From Candidatus Bathyarchaeota archaeon (lineage in GTDB: Archaea; Thermoproteota; Bathyarchaeia; Bathyarchaeales; Bathycorpusculaceae): 64,000 bases of DNA. Below are positions 1 to 9,749 of the stretch, piece by piece (positions within the stretch are counted from its first letter, which is position 1; each line of letters opens with the position of its first letter). Under the pieces are notes generated by a model. That model was not told the DNA's origin. It worked only from the letters and a program-made list of their open reading frames with translations, and ran no database searches. Location: assembly GCA_963720565.1 (NCBI GenBank), contig CAVRFW010000009.1, positions 192,001 to 256,000 of the forward strand, written 5' to 3'. Made by a program: the position numbers and the translations under genes.

Positions 1-134
1 GTAGCAGTGGAGTCTTCAGCCGCATGACGCAATGTTCGCTCGTCATCAGCCGTTACGATGACCCTGCTGAAAATTCCTGCGAAAGCTTCAGCGTAAGTAT
101 TCTCAACCTTATCAATATCTGATATTTTATCCAA
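1..134 (-). CDS. ftr: Formylmethanofuran:H4MPT formyltransferase (Ftr) family protein, probably the FtrII/EhaS-like paralogue; partial, runs off the window
   Basis: Not in the ORF track. Manual translation from TTG at 134 gives MDKISDIDKVENTYAEAFAGIFSRVIVTADDERTLRHAAEDSTA, matching the Ftr N-terminal pattern (ED/NT-F/Y-AEAF...R-V-I-V/I-TA). Start overlaps the upstream stop codon. Confidence 0.8.
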   Translation of the reverse strand, partial: MDKISDIDKVENTYAEAFAGIFSRVIVTADDERTLRHAAEDSTA

Positions 135-1209
135 GCCTCCCAACGGCTTCTCCCCTGACTTCCTTTCTAAACTTACTGCTTTCCTTAACCAACGTATCCA
201 TATTTTGAGCTGTTACTATTTGAACCTTGGGAAGGACAGAAGAGTAAACAGACAGGTATTGTTCGAGTAACGGTTCGACCACTCCTGCTCGTTTAAGAGC
301 ACGGCTATTCCAGTTTTCACACAACCTCAGAGTGTTTCTCTTCCCTTTCTTGAAGAAAAGACTGGCTATTACGGCAGTCACTATGCTGCTTTCAGACAAC
401 ACCGCTATTTCCGAGTTTTCAACCGCGTAGCCATTGCCGTTAAAAGAGACAGTTAACCCGCCGTTTTCCTTCACAAGTTTGAAGGCTTCAACGTCTGTTA
501 TGCTGTCTCCAACATACATAACGTCGCTCAAGTTCGCATGCAACTTTGCCACAGCATCTTCTATAGCTTCAGCCTTTTGGCTACCGCCGACCGTTTTGAC
601 TTCCGAGAAGACTCTGCCAATGCTCATTTTCGGAATTTCACTCCAAAAAATCCTATCTAGCTGAGCGATTATCTCCTGATCCCTAGCTGAAAAATCTCCT
701 ATCGCCTTTGCCCCTCTGGGAATACAAATCAATGGCGTTTGAACGATTTCATCTGCGATTTCTCGAAGCCTCCCCTTCTCTTTAGAGTTAACCGAGTACT
801 TGTCAATACTCAATCTGGTGCAGTACGTGTTGGCATAGGGGAAATCTAACGCTTCGCAGAGAGCTTCTATATAGTGTTCGTAACTCGTACTGACGATAAA
901 GGCACTAGCCATTGCTCTTACATGCTCCAGTGTGCTTTTGCTGTTGGCGATAAGCAACAGATTCTCAGCTGAGAATTCTCCGATTTGACCATCTGTTACG
1001 CCGTAGGCTTTCAGGAAGGGCAATATCAGTTTTAGCGTGCTGCCGGCAGAGTAGCCCTGCCTTTTAAGAACGTCAGCAAGCACATCATCATACTTGCTGA
1101 TGACCGTGAAGAGCTTATCGCCGTTTGGAACAAAATGAGCGGTTATCTCGAAGGCGTTATCGTTTCTGCTTATGGGTCCCTCACAGTCTGACATAAAAAC
1201 AGGTTTCAA
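127..1209 (-). CDS. HAD-superfamily phosphohydrolase, EhaR-like
   Basis: N-terminal DCEGP..NDNAFE (variant HAD motif I), VSTSY, and YVGDSITD (HAD acidic motif). Resembles the family annotated as energy-converting hydrogenase A subunit R. Confidence 0.8.
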   Translation of the reverse strand: MKPVFMSDCEGPISRNDNAFEITAHFVPNGDKLFTVISKYDDVLADVLKRQGYSAGSTLKLILPFLKAYGVTDGQIGEFSAENLLLIANSKSTLEHVRAMASAFIVSTSYEHYIEALCEALDFPYANTYCTRLSIDKYSVNSKEKGRLREIADEIVQTPLICIPRGAKAIGDFSARDQEIIAQLDRIFWSEIPKMSIGRVFSEVKTVGGSQKAEAIEDAVAKLHANLSDVMYVGDSITDVEAFKLVKENGGLTVSFNGNGYAVENSEIAVLSESSIVTAVIASLFFKKGKRNTLRLCENWNSRALKRAGVVEPLLEQYLSVYSSVLPKVQIVTAQNMDTLVKESSKFRKEVRGEAVGRLG

Positions 1210-2621
1210 GGCTTACGCCTCAACTTCTCCATATGGCTCAAACTTTTAGCTATATGCTGTTTCGAAGCCACATCGCTTCTATTCCACAAAGCTCCACCTT
1301 CAATCGCCCTCGCAGCCTCCAACGAATTCTGCCGTGCTTCCTCAATGGTTTCGCCAACGCCTAAGACGCCAACAGCTCTGGATTTCAACGCGTAGTTCTT
1401 GCCGTTTCTGACTTCCATGGATCCCGGATAAACACGGATCTTTCCACGGCACTTACTAACGAGAGAATTCGCTTTGGAAAGATCGACTGGAGTGTCAACC
1501 TCAGCAGCATTCACCAGGTCTGGAAAAACATTCGAGTATCCTCCGTAACTTGGCGGAACCTTGTAGGTCAAGACGGTGGCGGCTTTCTCCATTTCCAAGC
1601 GGGTCAAATTTCCATCAATAATCTTGAGGCAAACGTCAACGAAATCGTCCTTTAAAACTGGAAGAATATTCATGATTTCAGGATCTCCAGGGCGACTATT
1701 GTTCTCGAGAACTTTGATGCCGGAGCCTGTATGCATGAAAGCCAAGTACAACGGAACACCCCTCAAGGCCGAATCATCGCTAATCTTAGCCTTCCATTCT
1801 TGGAAGATTCTTGTGGCAAGCGCTAACTCGTCTTCCCGATCGGATATGGTTAGAAAAGGCAGTTTGTCACTTGCATCTTTGTAGGAACCCATCCCGCCAG
1901 TGTTTGGTCCCTTGTCGTCGTCAAATGCTCGTTTGTAGTCTCGCGTGTCAGGTAATGGAATAAAATGCCTGCCGTCGCATAGAGCTTGAAAACTTGATTC
2001 TTCACCATCAACTTTCTCTTCAATAATCACGGTGCCATACTGGAAGTTCGACATGAAATGCTCGAAGAGTTGCTCCCGAGTAGCGAAGTGATCGCCCCAG
2101 ACTCCCACTCCCTTTCCAGCTGCTGGTTTATCAGGCTTTACAACCGCCTTGTTCTCAAGCTCATCAAGCCAACTATTAACCGCCTTCTTAACGTCGCCAA
2201 TTCCTTCATAGTCGTCGCGATTGAAAATCTTGAAACGCGGGTTAGCTTCCGGCGCTATCTCTTCGAAAAGCAAACGTTGCTGAACCTTGCTAATTTCTAT
2301 CGCGTACTCTTGAGTGGGGCATATGACAGGTATGCCTGTGCGTTTCTCAATTAGGTCTCGAACGCCCTCTATTATAGGCTTTTCCGGACCAACCATGGCA
2401 AAATCGATTCTGTCCTTATTATCCTCAGCGAACTTGCAGATATCTTCGATATTCAAATCCGGTATAACCGCGTGTTTGAACGCTTTCTCCACGTTGAAAG
2501 GATTGCGTTGCTTGTCTGCGACGTAAAGTTCAACTTTGTGGTTCGGGCTTCTGGCGAAGGCATCAACTATTGCTGCCTCGCGTGCCCCGTATGAAACGAC
2601 TAGTATGCCTACTCTGTCCAT
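1206..2621 (-). CDS. purD: Phosphoribosylamine--glycine ligase
   Basis: GARE, VGPE, AAGKGV, DYKRAFDDDKGPNTGGMG and NSRPGDPE motifs. Confidence 0.93.
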   Translation of the reverse strand: MDRVGILVVSYGAREAAIVDAFARSPNHKVELYVADKQRNPFNVEKAFKHAVIPDLNIEDICKFAEDNKDRIDFAMVGPEKPIIEGVRDLIEKRTGIPVICPTQEYAIEISKVQQRLLFEEIAPEANPRFKIFNRDDYEGIGDVKKAVNSWLDELENKAVVKPDKPAAGKGVGVWGDHFATREQLFEHFMSNFQYGTVIIEEKVDGEESSFQALCDGRHFIPLPDTRDYKRAFDDDKGPNTGGMGSYKDASDKLPFLTISDREDELALATRIFQEWKAKISDDSALRGVPLYLAFMHTGSGIKVLENNSRPGDPEIMNILPVLKDDFVDVCLKIIDGNLTRLEMEKAATVLTYKVPPSYGGYSNVFPDLVNAAEVDTPVDLSKANSLVSKCRGKIRVYPGSMEVRNGKNYALKSRAVGVLGVGETIEEARQNSLEAARAIEGGALWNRSDVASKQHIAKSLSHMEKLRRKP

Positions 2622-2682
2622 GACAGATCGCCTGTTTACATAGAGAATTAACTGGAACGCTTAATTTGTTTTTTCGCTTGGT

Positions 2683-4164
2683 CTATTGGGAATCTTCGTG
2701 TTGCTCGTAGATTCTGCTTTTCTCTTCGTAACCGTTGAGGAATTTCTGTTTCATTTCGTCAGCAATCTCCTGCGCTAAGGGCGTAGGATACTTGCCCGTG
2801 ATGCATGCCAGACACAATTCATCCTGCGTCTGGCCTGTTGCGCGAACCAATCCGTCTATTGACTGGTAGCAAACCGCATCTGCACCAATGATTCTGGCAA
2901 TTTCATCTGGACTATGCTTCGAACCGATCAATTGCCCGTAAGTAGCCATGTCTATGCCATAAAAGCACGGTCCAATAATACGTGGAAAAGTAACGAACAT
3001 GTAGACTTTCTTAGCACCTGCTTTACGAATTTTTTCTATTACTACCTTAGTTGTGTCGCCACGGACTATGCTGTCCTCGGTTAGTATCACGCGTTTCCCA
3101 TCAACTTTTGGACCTAAAATGTTTACTTTGCGGTCTATCGTATTGAACCTCTCTTCGTTGAGGAGAATGAAAGCTCTTTCGGTCACGTACCGATGCCTGC
3201 GAGACGCCCGTTCCCACCTGAGTCCAGACTCTTCATGAACTCCCATTGCAGGGTCATCTCCAGTCTCAGGCACCGAAAGTACCACGTCCGCATCTTTCGC
3301 GATTTCAGGATACTCATGCACGATGTTTCTTCCGAAGTCTTCACGGATTTCATAAACGTATTTTCCGTTAAACCGCGAGTCAGGTCTAGAGAAATATGCA
3401 TACTCAAATGCGCAAAACGCCCTGCGTGGGTTATTGATTATCTGTGTTCGTTTGAACCCTTTTTCTGAAACCGTTACGAGTTCGCCTGGCTCCAATTCAA
3501 AATCTCTTGTGAAATTGTTAATGTCCAAACTCACAGTCTCCGACGAAAAAGCAAAAGTAGTTCCGTCTTGGCTGCGCCCAGCGCATAAGGGTTTAATGCC
3601 ATGGGGATCCTTGAAAGCGAAAAAGTCACCGGTTCCAGTTATGCCGGCCACAGAGAATGCTCCATCGACACTCTGCATACAAGCTCCAACAGCTGCCGTC
3701 AGGTCTTTTCCCTTCTCAAATTCAAGTAACAGTTTATGGCATAGCAAGTCTGAATCGCAACTGCAAACAAAATCTTGGAAGTTATCATTAATTTCATGTT
3801 TAAGTTGAAATGTGTTAACTATGTTGCCGTTGAACGAGAGTGCAATCTTCAAGTTTCCCATCGAGGCTAAAACTGGCTGGGTCCCCTGAATTATACTCAC
3901 ATCGTCACATTTGCCAGATGTTGTGTATCTGATGTTTCCGATGCCGATGTGACCAGGCAAGCGCTCGAACCATTCATGCAGAGCACTAGTTTTCAGTTTT
4001 GGGACTAGGTCGAGGTTTCTGTAAACGTGAAATTTCTCTTCGTTGAAAGTGAGGAAACCATGTGACTGATGTCCCCGGTGGTTTTGGGCGCGAAGACCCC
4101 AGTAAACGTGTGGGAAGACAGATTGCTTTTCAAAGTTTATTGCACCGAACACGCCACAGCCTAT
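2683..4164 (-). CDS. purF: Amidophosphoribosyltransferase (start extended beyond the ORF track so that the catalytic Cys is included)
   Basis: CGVFG N-terminus, HRG, RYTTSG, NGNIVN, CAFEYAYFSRPDS, EDSIVRGDT PRPP loop, CFYGIDM and CLAC. Confidence 0.93.
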   Translation of the reverse strand: MGCGVFGAINFEKQSVFPHVYWGLRAQNHRGHQSHGFLTFNEEKFHVYRNLDLVPKLKTSALHEWFERLPGHIGIGNIRYTTSGKCDDVSIIQGTQPVLASMGNLKIALSFNGNIVNTFQLKHEINDNFQDFVCSCDSDLLCHKLLLEFEKGKDLTAAVGACMQSVDGAFSVAGITGTGDFFAFKDPHGIKPLCAGRSQDGTTFAFSSETVSLDINNFTRDFELEPGELVTVSEKGFKRTQIINNPRRAFCAFEYAYFSRPDSRFNGKYVYEIREDFGRNIVHEYPEIAKDADVVLSVPETGDDPAMGVHEESGLRWERASRRHRYVTERAFILLNEERFNTIDRKVNILGPKVDGKRVILTEDSIVRGDTTKVVIEKIRKAGAKKVYMFVTFPRIIGPCFYGIDMATYGQLIGSKHSPDEIARIIGADAVCYQSIDGLVRATGQTQDELCLACITGKYPTPLAQEIADEMKQKFLNGYEEKSRIYEQHEDSQ

Positions 4165-4310
4165 TTTTAATCCCTTCTGTTAATGTCGAATGATGCCAAA
4201 AGGAGCTTTATCTACTTTTAGCACATTTTTAGTTAAAAGCCTCCTATTAATGAGGCGACCGAGGAACTACAGCATTCCGCAAATGCGGGCGTACGTGTGG
4301 CGAGTTTGCT

Positions 4311-5630
4311 CTATGGCGTCAGTCTGACTCTGTCCCGCGGATACAGAGTCACTTCGCGGATGTTCTTCTTGCCAGTCAAAACCATCGTAAGCCTTTCTAA
4401 GCCTATTGCCCAACCCGCATGGGGCGGCATCCCATAGTCAAAAGCTTGAAGATGATGCTTGAAGGCTTCAGGATTCAATCCTCTCTCATTTAGGCGGGAA
4501 ATTAGAAGCTCTTTCTCAGCGATTCTGGTTCCGCCAGACACCAATTCTATCCAACGCCACATCAAATCAAACCCTTCGCAAAGGTCGGGCTTGTCCCCGC
4601 GCGGTTTTATGTAGAACGCTTTAGAATGTGTTGGCCAATCGGTGATGAAATAGAAATGTGGGTATAGTTTTCCCAGAACCCTGAAGGCTTCAGTGGGTAT
4701 GTCCTCGCCCCATTGCACCTCAACGCCTTTTCCTTTCAAGTCGTCTAGCACATTGTCGTATGTTAAGCGTTTGAAAGGAATAACTGGAACCTCGATTCTG
4801 TGCTTAAGTATAGCCAACTCATTTGTGCAGTCTTCTTTTACGGTTTTGCAGGCGTGGTGTACAACCTGTTCAAGAAGCGCCATTACATCTTGGGCGTCGG
4901 CGAAGGCTTGTTCAATATCAACTGAAACGAATTCACTTAGATGTCTACGAGTGTGTGACTCCTCAGCCCTGAAAAAAGGCCCTACCTCGAAGACCTTCTC
5001 CAGACTCATTACAAGCTGTTCTTTGTACAATTGTGGACTCTGAGCGAGGAACGCTTTTTCGCCGAAGTAGTCTACGTTGAACAGCGCTGCACCGCCTTCG
5101 GTTGCTGATGCGATGATTCGCGGCGTGTGAACCTCCAAGAAGCCTTTTTCGAAGAGAAAATTTCGTATTGCATCCAAAGCGTGGTGTTGAATTTTGAATG
5201 CTGCAACATTCGCTTCTTGGCACAAGTCTAATGCTCTCGCATCTAAACGAGCTTCTATGTTCGCAGGCGTTTTACCCGTAATGTCAATTGGCAACTGGGC
5301 AGTGGCTGTGCTCAGAATTTTTATTTCCTTCGGAACCACTTCGACGCCTCTGGGAGTCATGTTGGTGTTCTTTACAGTCCCTTTCACGCCAATGCTGTAG
5401 CGTTTCTGCAGGGCGTCAGACTTCGATAATACTTCGGGACTAACTCTCTTTTTCGGTATGGTGATTTGAATTGTGCCTTCCCTATCTTGCATGATAACAA
5501 AGCGGATCCCGCCCAAATCACGAACTTCCCAAACCCAACCAAAAAGCGTAACCTCTTGCCCATCCAGTTTCGGCGTAACATTCGAAGAATAGTGGGTTCT
5601 GACCCATCCATCAAGGGAGTCCACGTTCAT
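4311..5630 (-). CDS. aspS: Aspartyl-tRNA synthetase, archaeal type
   Basis: OB-fold GWV..RDLGG, LAQSPQLYK, FRAEESHTRRHLSEF and GMPPHAGWAIGLERL. Confidence 0.96.
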   Translation of the reverse strand: MNVDSLDGWVRTHYSSNVTPKLDGQEVTLFGWVWEVRDLGGIRFVIMQDREGTIQITIPKKRVSPEVLSKSDALQKRYSIGVKGTVKNTNMTPRGVEVVPKEIKILSTATAQLPIDITGKTPANIEARLDARALDLCQEANVAAFKIQHHALDAIRNFLFEKGFLEVHTPRIIASATEGGAALFNVDYFGEKAFLAQSPQLYKEQLVMSLEKVFEVGPFFRAEESHTRRHLSEFVSVDIEQAFADAQDVMALLEQVVHHACKTVKEDCTNELAILKHRIEVPVIPFKRLTYDNVLDDLKGKGVEVQWGEDIPTEAFRVLGKLYPHFYFITDWPTHSKAFYIKPRGDKPDLCEGFDLMWRWIELVSGGTRIAEKELLISRLNERGLNPEAFKHHLQAFDYGMPPHAGWAIGLERLTMVLTGKKNIREVTLYPRDRVRLTP

Positions 5631-5648
5631 GAGTCAATGAGCTCCTCC

Positions 5649-6158
5649 TCAGTCTGCAAACTCGACACGTAAGGACATTTTACGCACTTTGCGGGCAATT
5701 TCCTTTAAAGCCTTCAGGTCAAAGGGTAACTGGGCACCGCGTTTTCTTTTCAGTATCACGCGCGTCTCCGTTGTTCCATCCGGCAGCCAAATCGTGTTTA
5801 TCGTGAGTATGTTGAAAGGAACGAACAAGTCTTCTAAGAACTTACGGTCGTCAACACCATATTCGAGAATGCGAACGGATTTGCCAGTTTCCTCACCTAG
5901 CGCCTTAATAATCTTGCCACCGTAACCCAGAAGTCGGGGTACGTCGCCGTGCCCAACGATTACGGCTAGGCTTTTCTCAACACTAATTGCCCTGTGAAAA
6001 CAAACGTTTTGCAGAGAAGGATACTTCTCCTCTAAAGAGAGCAGCAAGCGGGCTATTCTTAGGTCTAACTCGCTGATTTCGCCAGCCTTAACTTTTGCTG
6101 AACATTTTTGGCAAAGTATGCCGCTCTTAAGACAGAAGCTACATAGTTCCGTTTTCAT
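5649..6158 (-). CDS. NusA-like KH-domain protein with N-terminal CxxC/CxxC
   Basis: CSFC...LCQKC followed by the KH-like LLGYGGKIIKAL; archaeal NusA paralogue. Confidence 0.75.
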   Translation of the reverse strand: MKTELCSFCLKSGILCQKCSAKVKAGEISELDLRIARLLLSLEEKYPSLQNVCFHRAISVEKSLAVIVGHGDVPRLLGYGGKIIKALGEETGKSVRILEYGVDDRKFLEDLFVPFNILTINTIWLPDGTTETRVILKRKRGAQLPFDLKALKEIARKVRKMSLRVEFAD

Positions 6159-6226
6159 GTTGGAAGATGCCCTCTTGCGAACGAAAGAAGGAGCGGCGAG
6201 GTATTACTCTTCAAGTGGGTAGGTAC

Positions 6227-6505
6227 TTACCTTTCAAGCGTTATTTCTATACTGCTGACGTTAGTCAACTGACTGCCTTCTTCTAGAGGCATGATTTTGT
6301 CCGTTCCGATGCCAACATTCTTGACTTTTACATCAGGCAGAAATCGACGTCTTACTACTTCGGCTACATCGATTGCGCGACTTATGGATTGTCCACGAGC
6401 TTTAATGCTTACTTCTTTAGCTCCGCCGTGAAAGAAAGTAATGCACGCAAGTACATAGTTCATTACTGGTTTTTTGCCGATTAGCACCGTGTTGTCATCT
6501 GGCAC
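6227..6505 (-). CDS. albA: DNA/RNA-binding protein Alba
   Basis: [12 protein letters not shown] and [16 protein letters not shown]. Confidence 0.96.
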   Translation of the reverse strand: MPDDNTVLIGKKPVMNYVLACITFFHGGAKEVSIKARGQSISRAIDVAEVVRRRFLPDVKVKNVGIGTDKIMPLEEGSQLTNVSSIEITLER

Positions 6506-6757
6506 GCCCTTCGCTTGCTCCTAGTTTCCCCTTTTGATGATGTTTCATTAGTTTTTTGGTCGGTAAATAAATACATTGTGGTATCCATTTCACGTTTATT
6601 TTTTTCCTTTTTCAAGATTCCTCTACGTGCCACAAAACAAGTTCTAATGCAATTGAGACCATTCAGAATCAGACAACAATTATGCTGTATCTGTAGACAA
6701 AAGGTATATTTGACAGCGGGCTATCTTGCTTTTAACACTTAAAAAGAGGACCATCCT

Positions 6758-6919
6758 ATGCCCATACTAGATCCAGTTAAGAAAGCCATTGCCCAAAAAC
6801 ACAGGCTCTATATGAAGATCTGTCGGGACTGTAGAGTCAGAAATGCCGCCACCGCAACTAAATGCCGAAAATGCAAGGGCAAAAACCTCAGATGGAAGAA
6901 ACGCGAACTAGTAAAGTAA
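6758..6919 (+). CDS. rpl40e: 50S ribosomal protein L40e
   Basis: Below the ORF-track size cut-off. Manual translation: MPILDPVKKAIAQKHRLYMKICRDCRVRNAATATKCRKCKGKNLRWKKRELVK. GAGGA lies upstream. Confidence 0.93.
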   Translation: MPILDPVKKAIAQKHRLYMKICRDCRVRNAATATKCRKCKGKNLRWKKRELVK

Positions 6920-6931
6920 CACTCCTGCGTT

Positions 6932-7546
6932 TTAAATCGTTTTAGCCAATGTGTCCATACTGAAAACTGTGTTTGCACAACCGTTCTTGATTAAAGGTAT
7001 GGCTTGTCCAGCAACATCCATGCTTCCTAGAATTTCGCCGCCAATTTTCACTTCTTCTCCACATGCAACACCGACAATGCCCTCGTATTGTACAGTCTTG
7101 AGAATCTTGGGAACGCAAGATCCTCCCGGCAATATGTATACGTCGTATCCCTTTTCCCTTGCTAAATAATCTGCCTTGCTAATCAAACAGTCTTGGGAGC
7201 AGTGCGCGCAAGTGTAAGAGGGAATGCTCGCGTCAAAACTAGCCTTGCATCGGCTATCCATAAATTTTCGAGAGCAGTGTGAGAGAAAAAGCGCCCTCTT
7301 CTTGGTTTTCAGAAACTCTTTCCTTTTTAGCAGATTGACCGCTTGTAGGTCAATGAGGTCTTGCAGGAGAACTAAGGCATCCGAGAGATTAAGTCCAGTG
7401 GCTTCTTGAATCCTGAATTTGGTGATAATATCCTGTAGCGTATTAAATAGTGTCTTGTGCATCCTCTTGTTGTAGCTGATTCGTGCTATCTCAGTGAAGA
7501 AGAAACGTGGCACTTTTGAAAGATCAAAGGTGAACTTGTAGGGCAC
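6932..7546 (-). CDS. DUF116-family Cys-rich protein
   Basis: HCSR, CAHC..C, GYDVYILPGGS, GVAC..E and GC pattern. Confidence 0.75.
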   Translation of the reverse strand: MPYKFTFDLSKVPRFFFTEIARISYNKRMHKTLFNTLQDIITKFRIQEATGLNLSDALVLLQDLIDLQAVNLLKRKEFLKTKKRALFLSHCSRKFMDSRCKASFDASIPSYTCAHCSQDCLISKADYLAREKGYDVYILPGGSCVPKILKTVQYEGIVGVACGEEVKIGGEILGSMDVAGQAIPLIKNGCANTVFSMDTLAKTI

Positions 7547-7614
7547 AGTCTTTAACTAGTATCATCAAACTTAAAAAAATACCTACCGTTTTGCCAGGAA
7601 AGTTTTTGCTGATG

Positions 7615-7887
7615 CTATTCTTTTAACTCAGCTGAACCCAAGAGTTCTTTCATAGCCTTAATTTCTTTTCTCAAATCGCTAATCTCAGTTTCAAGATTGT
7701 TTGCTCTTGTCTCACCAGCTTTCTTGAGCTTTTCAATCTCCAGGAGGAGGCTTCCACGTTCTGTCTCTAACATGTTGATTCTTTCCCTCAGAGTCCTTAA
7801 AGTCTGTACTAATCCTTCACGAATCTCGCCAACTCTGTCCACCAGATTTTTAACGCTAGCTGATTTCTTGGCTTCAGTCACAGACAA
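7615..7887 (-). CDS. Small coiled-coil hypothetical protein
   Basis: Heptad-rich 90 aa ORF preceded by AGGAG. Confidence 0.65.
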   Translation of the reverse strand: MSVTEAKKSASVKNLVDRVGEIREGLVQTLRTLRERINMLETERGSLLLEIEKLKKAGETRANNLETEISDLRKEIKAMKELLGSAELKE

Positions 7888-7986
7888 GCTCTCCTTGACC
7901 CGAATTCCGATGAATATTTCGAATGTTTTCCAATTCGTGGTTCCTCCAATATGTGATTACGTGAAAAAAGAAAGTAGGATATGATG

Positions 7987-8961
7987 TTAGATACTTATCT
8001 GGAACATCAATCTTTCAACAAGTTCTTTGTACCGATTCCGAATAGTGACCTCAGTAACCTGTGCAATCTCAGCGATTTCCCTTTGTGTTTTTCTTTCACC
8101 TGTCAAAACCGAAGCTACGTAACTTGCAGCCGCAGCGATACCTGTCGGGCCACGCCCCGAAGTTAGTTTAAGCTCTTTTGCTGCTGCCAGAATCTTGTGT
8201 GCGATTTCCTCAACCTTTCCCTGCATTGTCAACTGATTCGAAAATTTCGTTATGTACTGACTAGGCCTAAGCGGCGGAATGGAGTAGTTGAGTTCCTTGA
8301 TTAGGAAACGGTAGCTGCGACCCACCTCTTTCTTGTTCACAGTTGATGATTGAGATATCTCATCTAATGTACGCGGTAACCCGCACTGCCTGCACGCCAG
8401 ATAGATCGAAGCAGACGTTACTCCCTGAATAGAGCGACCGCGTATTAGCCGCTCTTTCACTGCTTTCCTGTAAATCACTGACGCAGTTTCCAGAATGTTC
8501 TTTGGAAGATTCAGGTTGTTCGAGATCTTGGTGATTTCAGACAAAGCAAAAGCCAAGTTGCGTTCCGTTGCGTCTGAAACTCTTATACGCCGCTGCCATT
8601 TTCTGAGACGATACACCTGCGCTTTTTGTCCAGGTGAAAGGCTTTTGCCATAGATATCCCTGTCATGCCAGTCAATCGTTGTAGACAAGCCTTTGTCGTG
8701 AATTGTATAGGTTAATGGAGCACCTACTCTTGTCCGTTTTGACCTTTGTTCGTCGTCAAAAGCTCTCCATTCGGGTCCTCTATCCGCTATCTTAGCGGCA
8801 ACCACGAAACCGCAATCCATGCAGACTATTTCTGCGCACTCGTAATCCCGCATTAGTCTTGTACTGCTGCATTCGGGGCACGATTGAACTTTGAAGGATT
8901 CAACGCGTTGCGCTGAAGATGAAGAGCCTTCATCTCCATGCATCTCGTTATCTTCACTCAT
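7987..8961 (-). CDS. tfb: Transcription initiation factor IIB
   Basis: Zn ribbon CPEC/CMDC, GPEWRAF, two cyclin repeats and [13 protein letters not shown]. Confidence 0.98.
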   Translation of the reverse strand: MSEDNEMHGDEGSSSSAQRVESFKVQSCPECSSTRLMRDYECAEIVCMDCGFVVAAKIADRGPEWRAFDDEQRSKRTRVGAPLTYTIHDKGLSTTIDWHDRDIYGKSLSPGQKAQVYRLRKWQRRIRVSDATERNLAFALSEITKISNNLNLPKNILETASVIYRKAVKERLIRGRSIQGVTSASIYLACRQCGLPRTLDEISQSSTVNKKEVGRSYRFLIKELNYSIPPLRPSQYITKFSNQLTMQGKVEEIAHKILAAAKELKLTSGRGPTGIAAAASYVASVLTGERKTQREIAEIAQVTEVTIRNRYKELVERLMFQISI

Positions 8962-8963
8962 TC

Positions 8964-9215
8964 TTATTTGCTCCGTTCCTTTTTCGAGAGAAGCATGTAC
9001 AGTTGCTTGCCAGCAAGTTTATCCGGTTCTCTAACTGTCGGTTTTACTATGGCATAAGGCGAAGAAACTGGACCGATTATGTCAAAGACTTTTCCAACTG
9101 TCTTTAAGTTCTCATCAACAACAGGGGCGCCGATTTTCGGGGTTTTATCGAGCTTGACAACGATGTTTTGGGACGGCGTTAGATTAGATACCCTTCCCAA
9201 TCTTTGCAACCACAT
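8964..9215 (-). CDS. gar1: H/ACA RNP protein Gar1
   Basis: [15 protein letters not shown]; conserved gar1-tfb order. Start placed at ATG 9215 (uncertain). Confidence 0.85.
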   Translation of the reverse strand: MWLQRLGRVSNLTPSQNIVVKLDKTPKIGAPVVDENLKTVGKVFDIIGPVSSPYAIVKPTVREPDKLAGKQLYMLLSKKERSK

Positions 9216-9368
9216 TCCCCTCTCGAAAAACAACAAACGACACCGTAATAGTTTATTTAAGTCTTTCTACGTCCACCGATCTATGATGGTCGGCACATCC
9301 CCTTTTCAGTAGAAACCTTCTTAAACAAGAAGTGTGGATAAGACTGTGCCTTTAAAGGGTGAGGCTAT

Positions 9369-9749
9369 ATGTCAAAACCATTCTATATAAAGTACGAAAT
9401 GCCGAAGGAAATAGTAGACGCAGCCTATGAAGCCCTCCAAATAGCTTCAAAAACAGGCGTAGTTAGAAAAGGAACAAACGAGGCAACAAAAGCTGTTGAA
9501 CGTGCAATAGCGAAACTCGTAGTAATATCCGAGGACGTTGATCCGCCGGAAGTCATAGCTCATTTACCTTTACTCTGTGAAGAAAGAAAAATCCCCTACA
9601 TATTCGTTCCAAACAAAGACAAAATAGGCATTGCAGTAGGAATTGATGTTCCATGTGCTTCAGCATGCATCATAAAAGAAGGCGACGCTGCAGGACTAAT
9701 CAAGGAAATAATCACGCGCATTGAGCAGGTCAAAAGAGGAGCTCAGTAA
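9369..9749 (+). CDS. rpl7ae: 50S ribosomal protein L7Ae
   Basis: [12 protein letters not shown] and EDVDPPEV. Confidence 0.97.
   Translation: MSKPFYIKYEMPKEIVDAAYEALQIASKTGVVRKGTNEATKAVERAIAKLVVISEDVDPPEVIAHLPLLCEERKIPYIFVPNKDKIGIAVGIDVPCASACIIKEGDAAGLIKEIITRIEQVKRGAQ

Noticed and set aside
4200..4310. Short hairpins upstream of purF (GCCTC/GAGGC, CCGCA/TGCGG) as a possible purine or ZTP riboswitch
   Set aside because: Stems are only 5 bp and no riboswitch consensus is visible.
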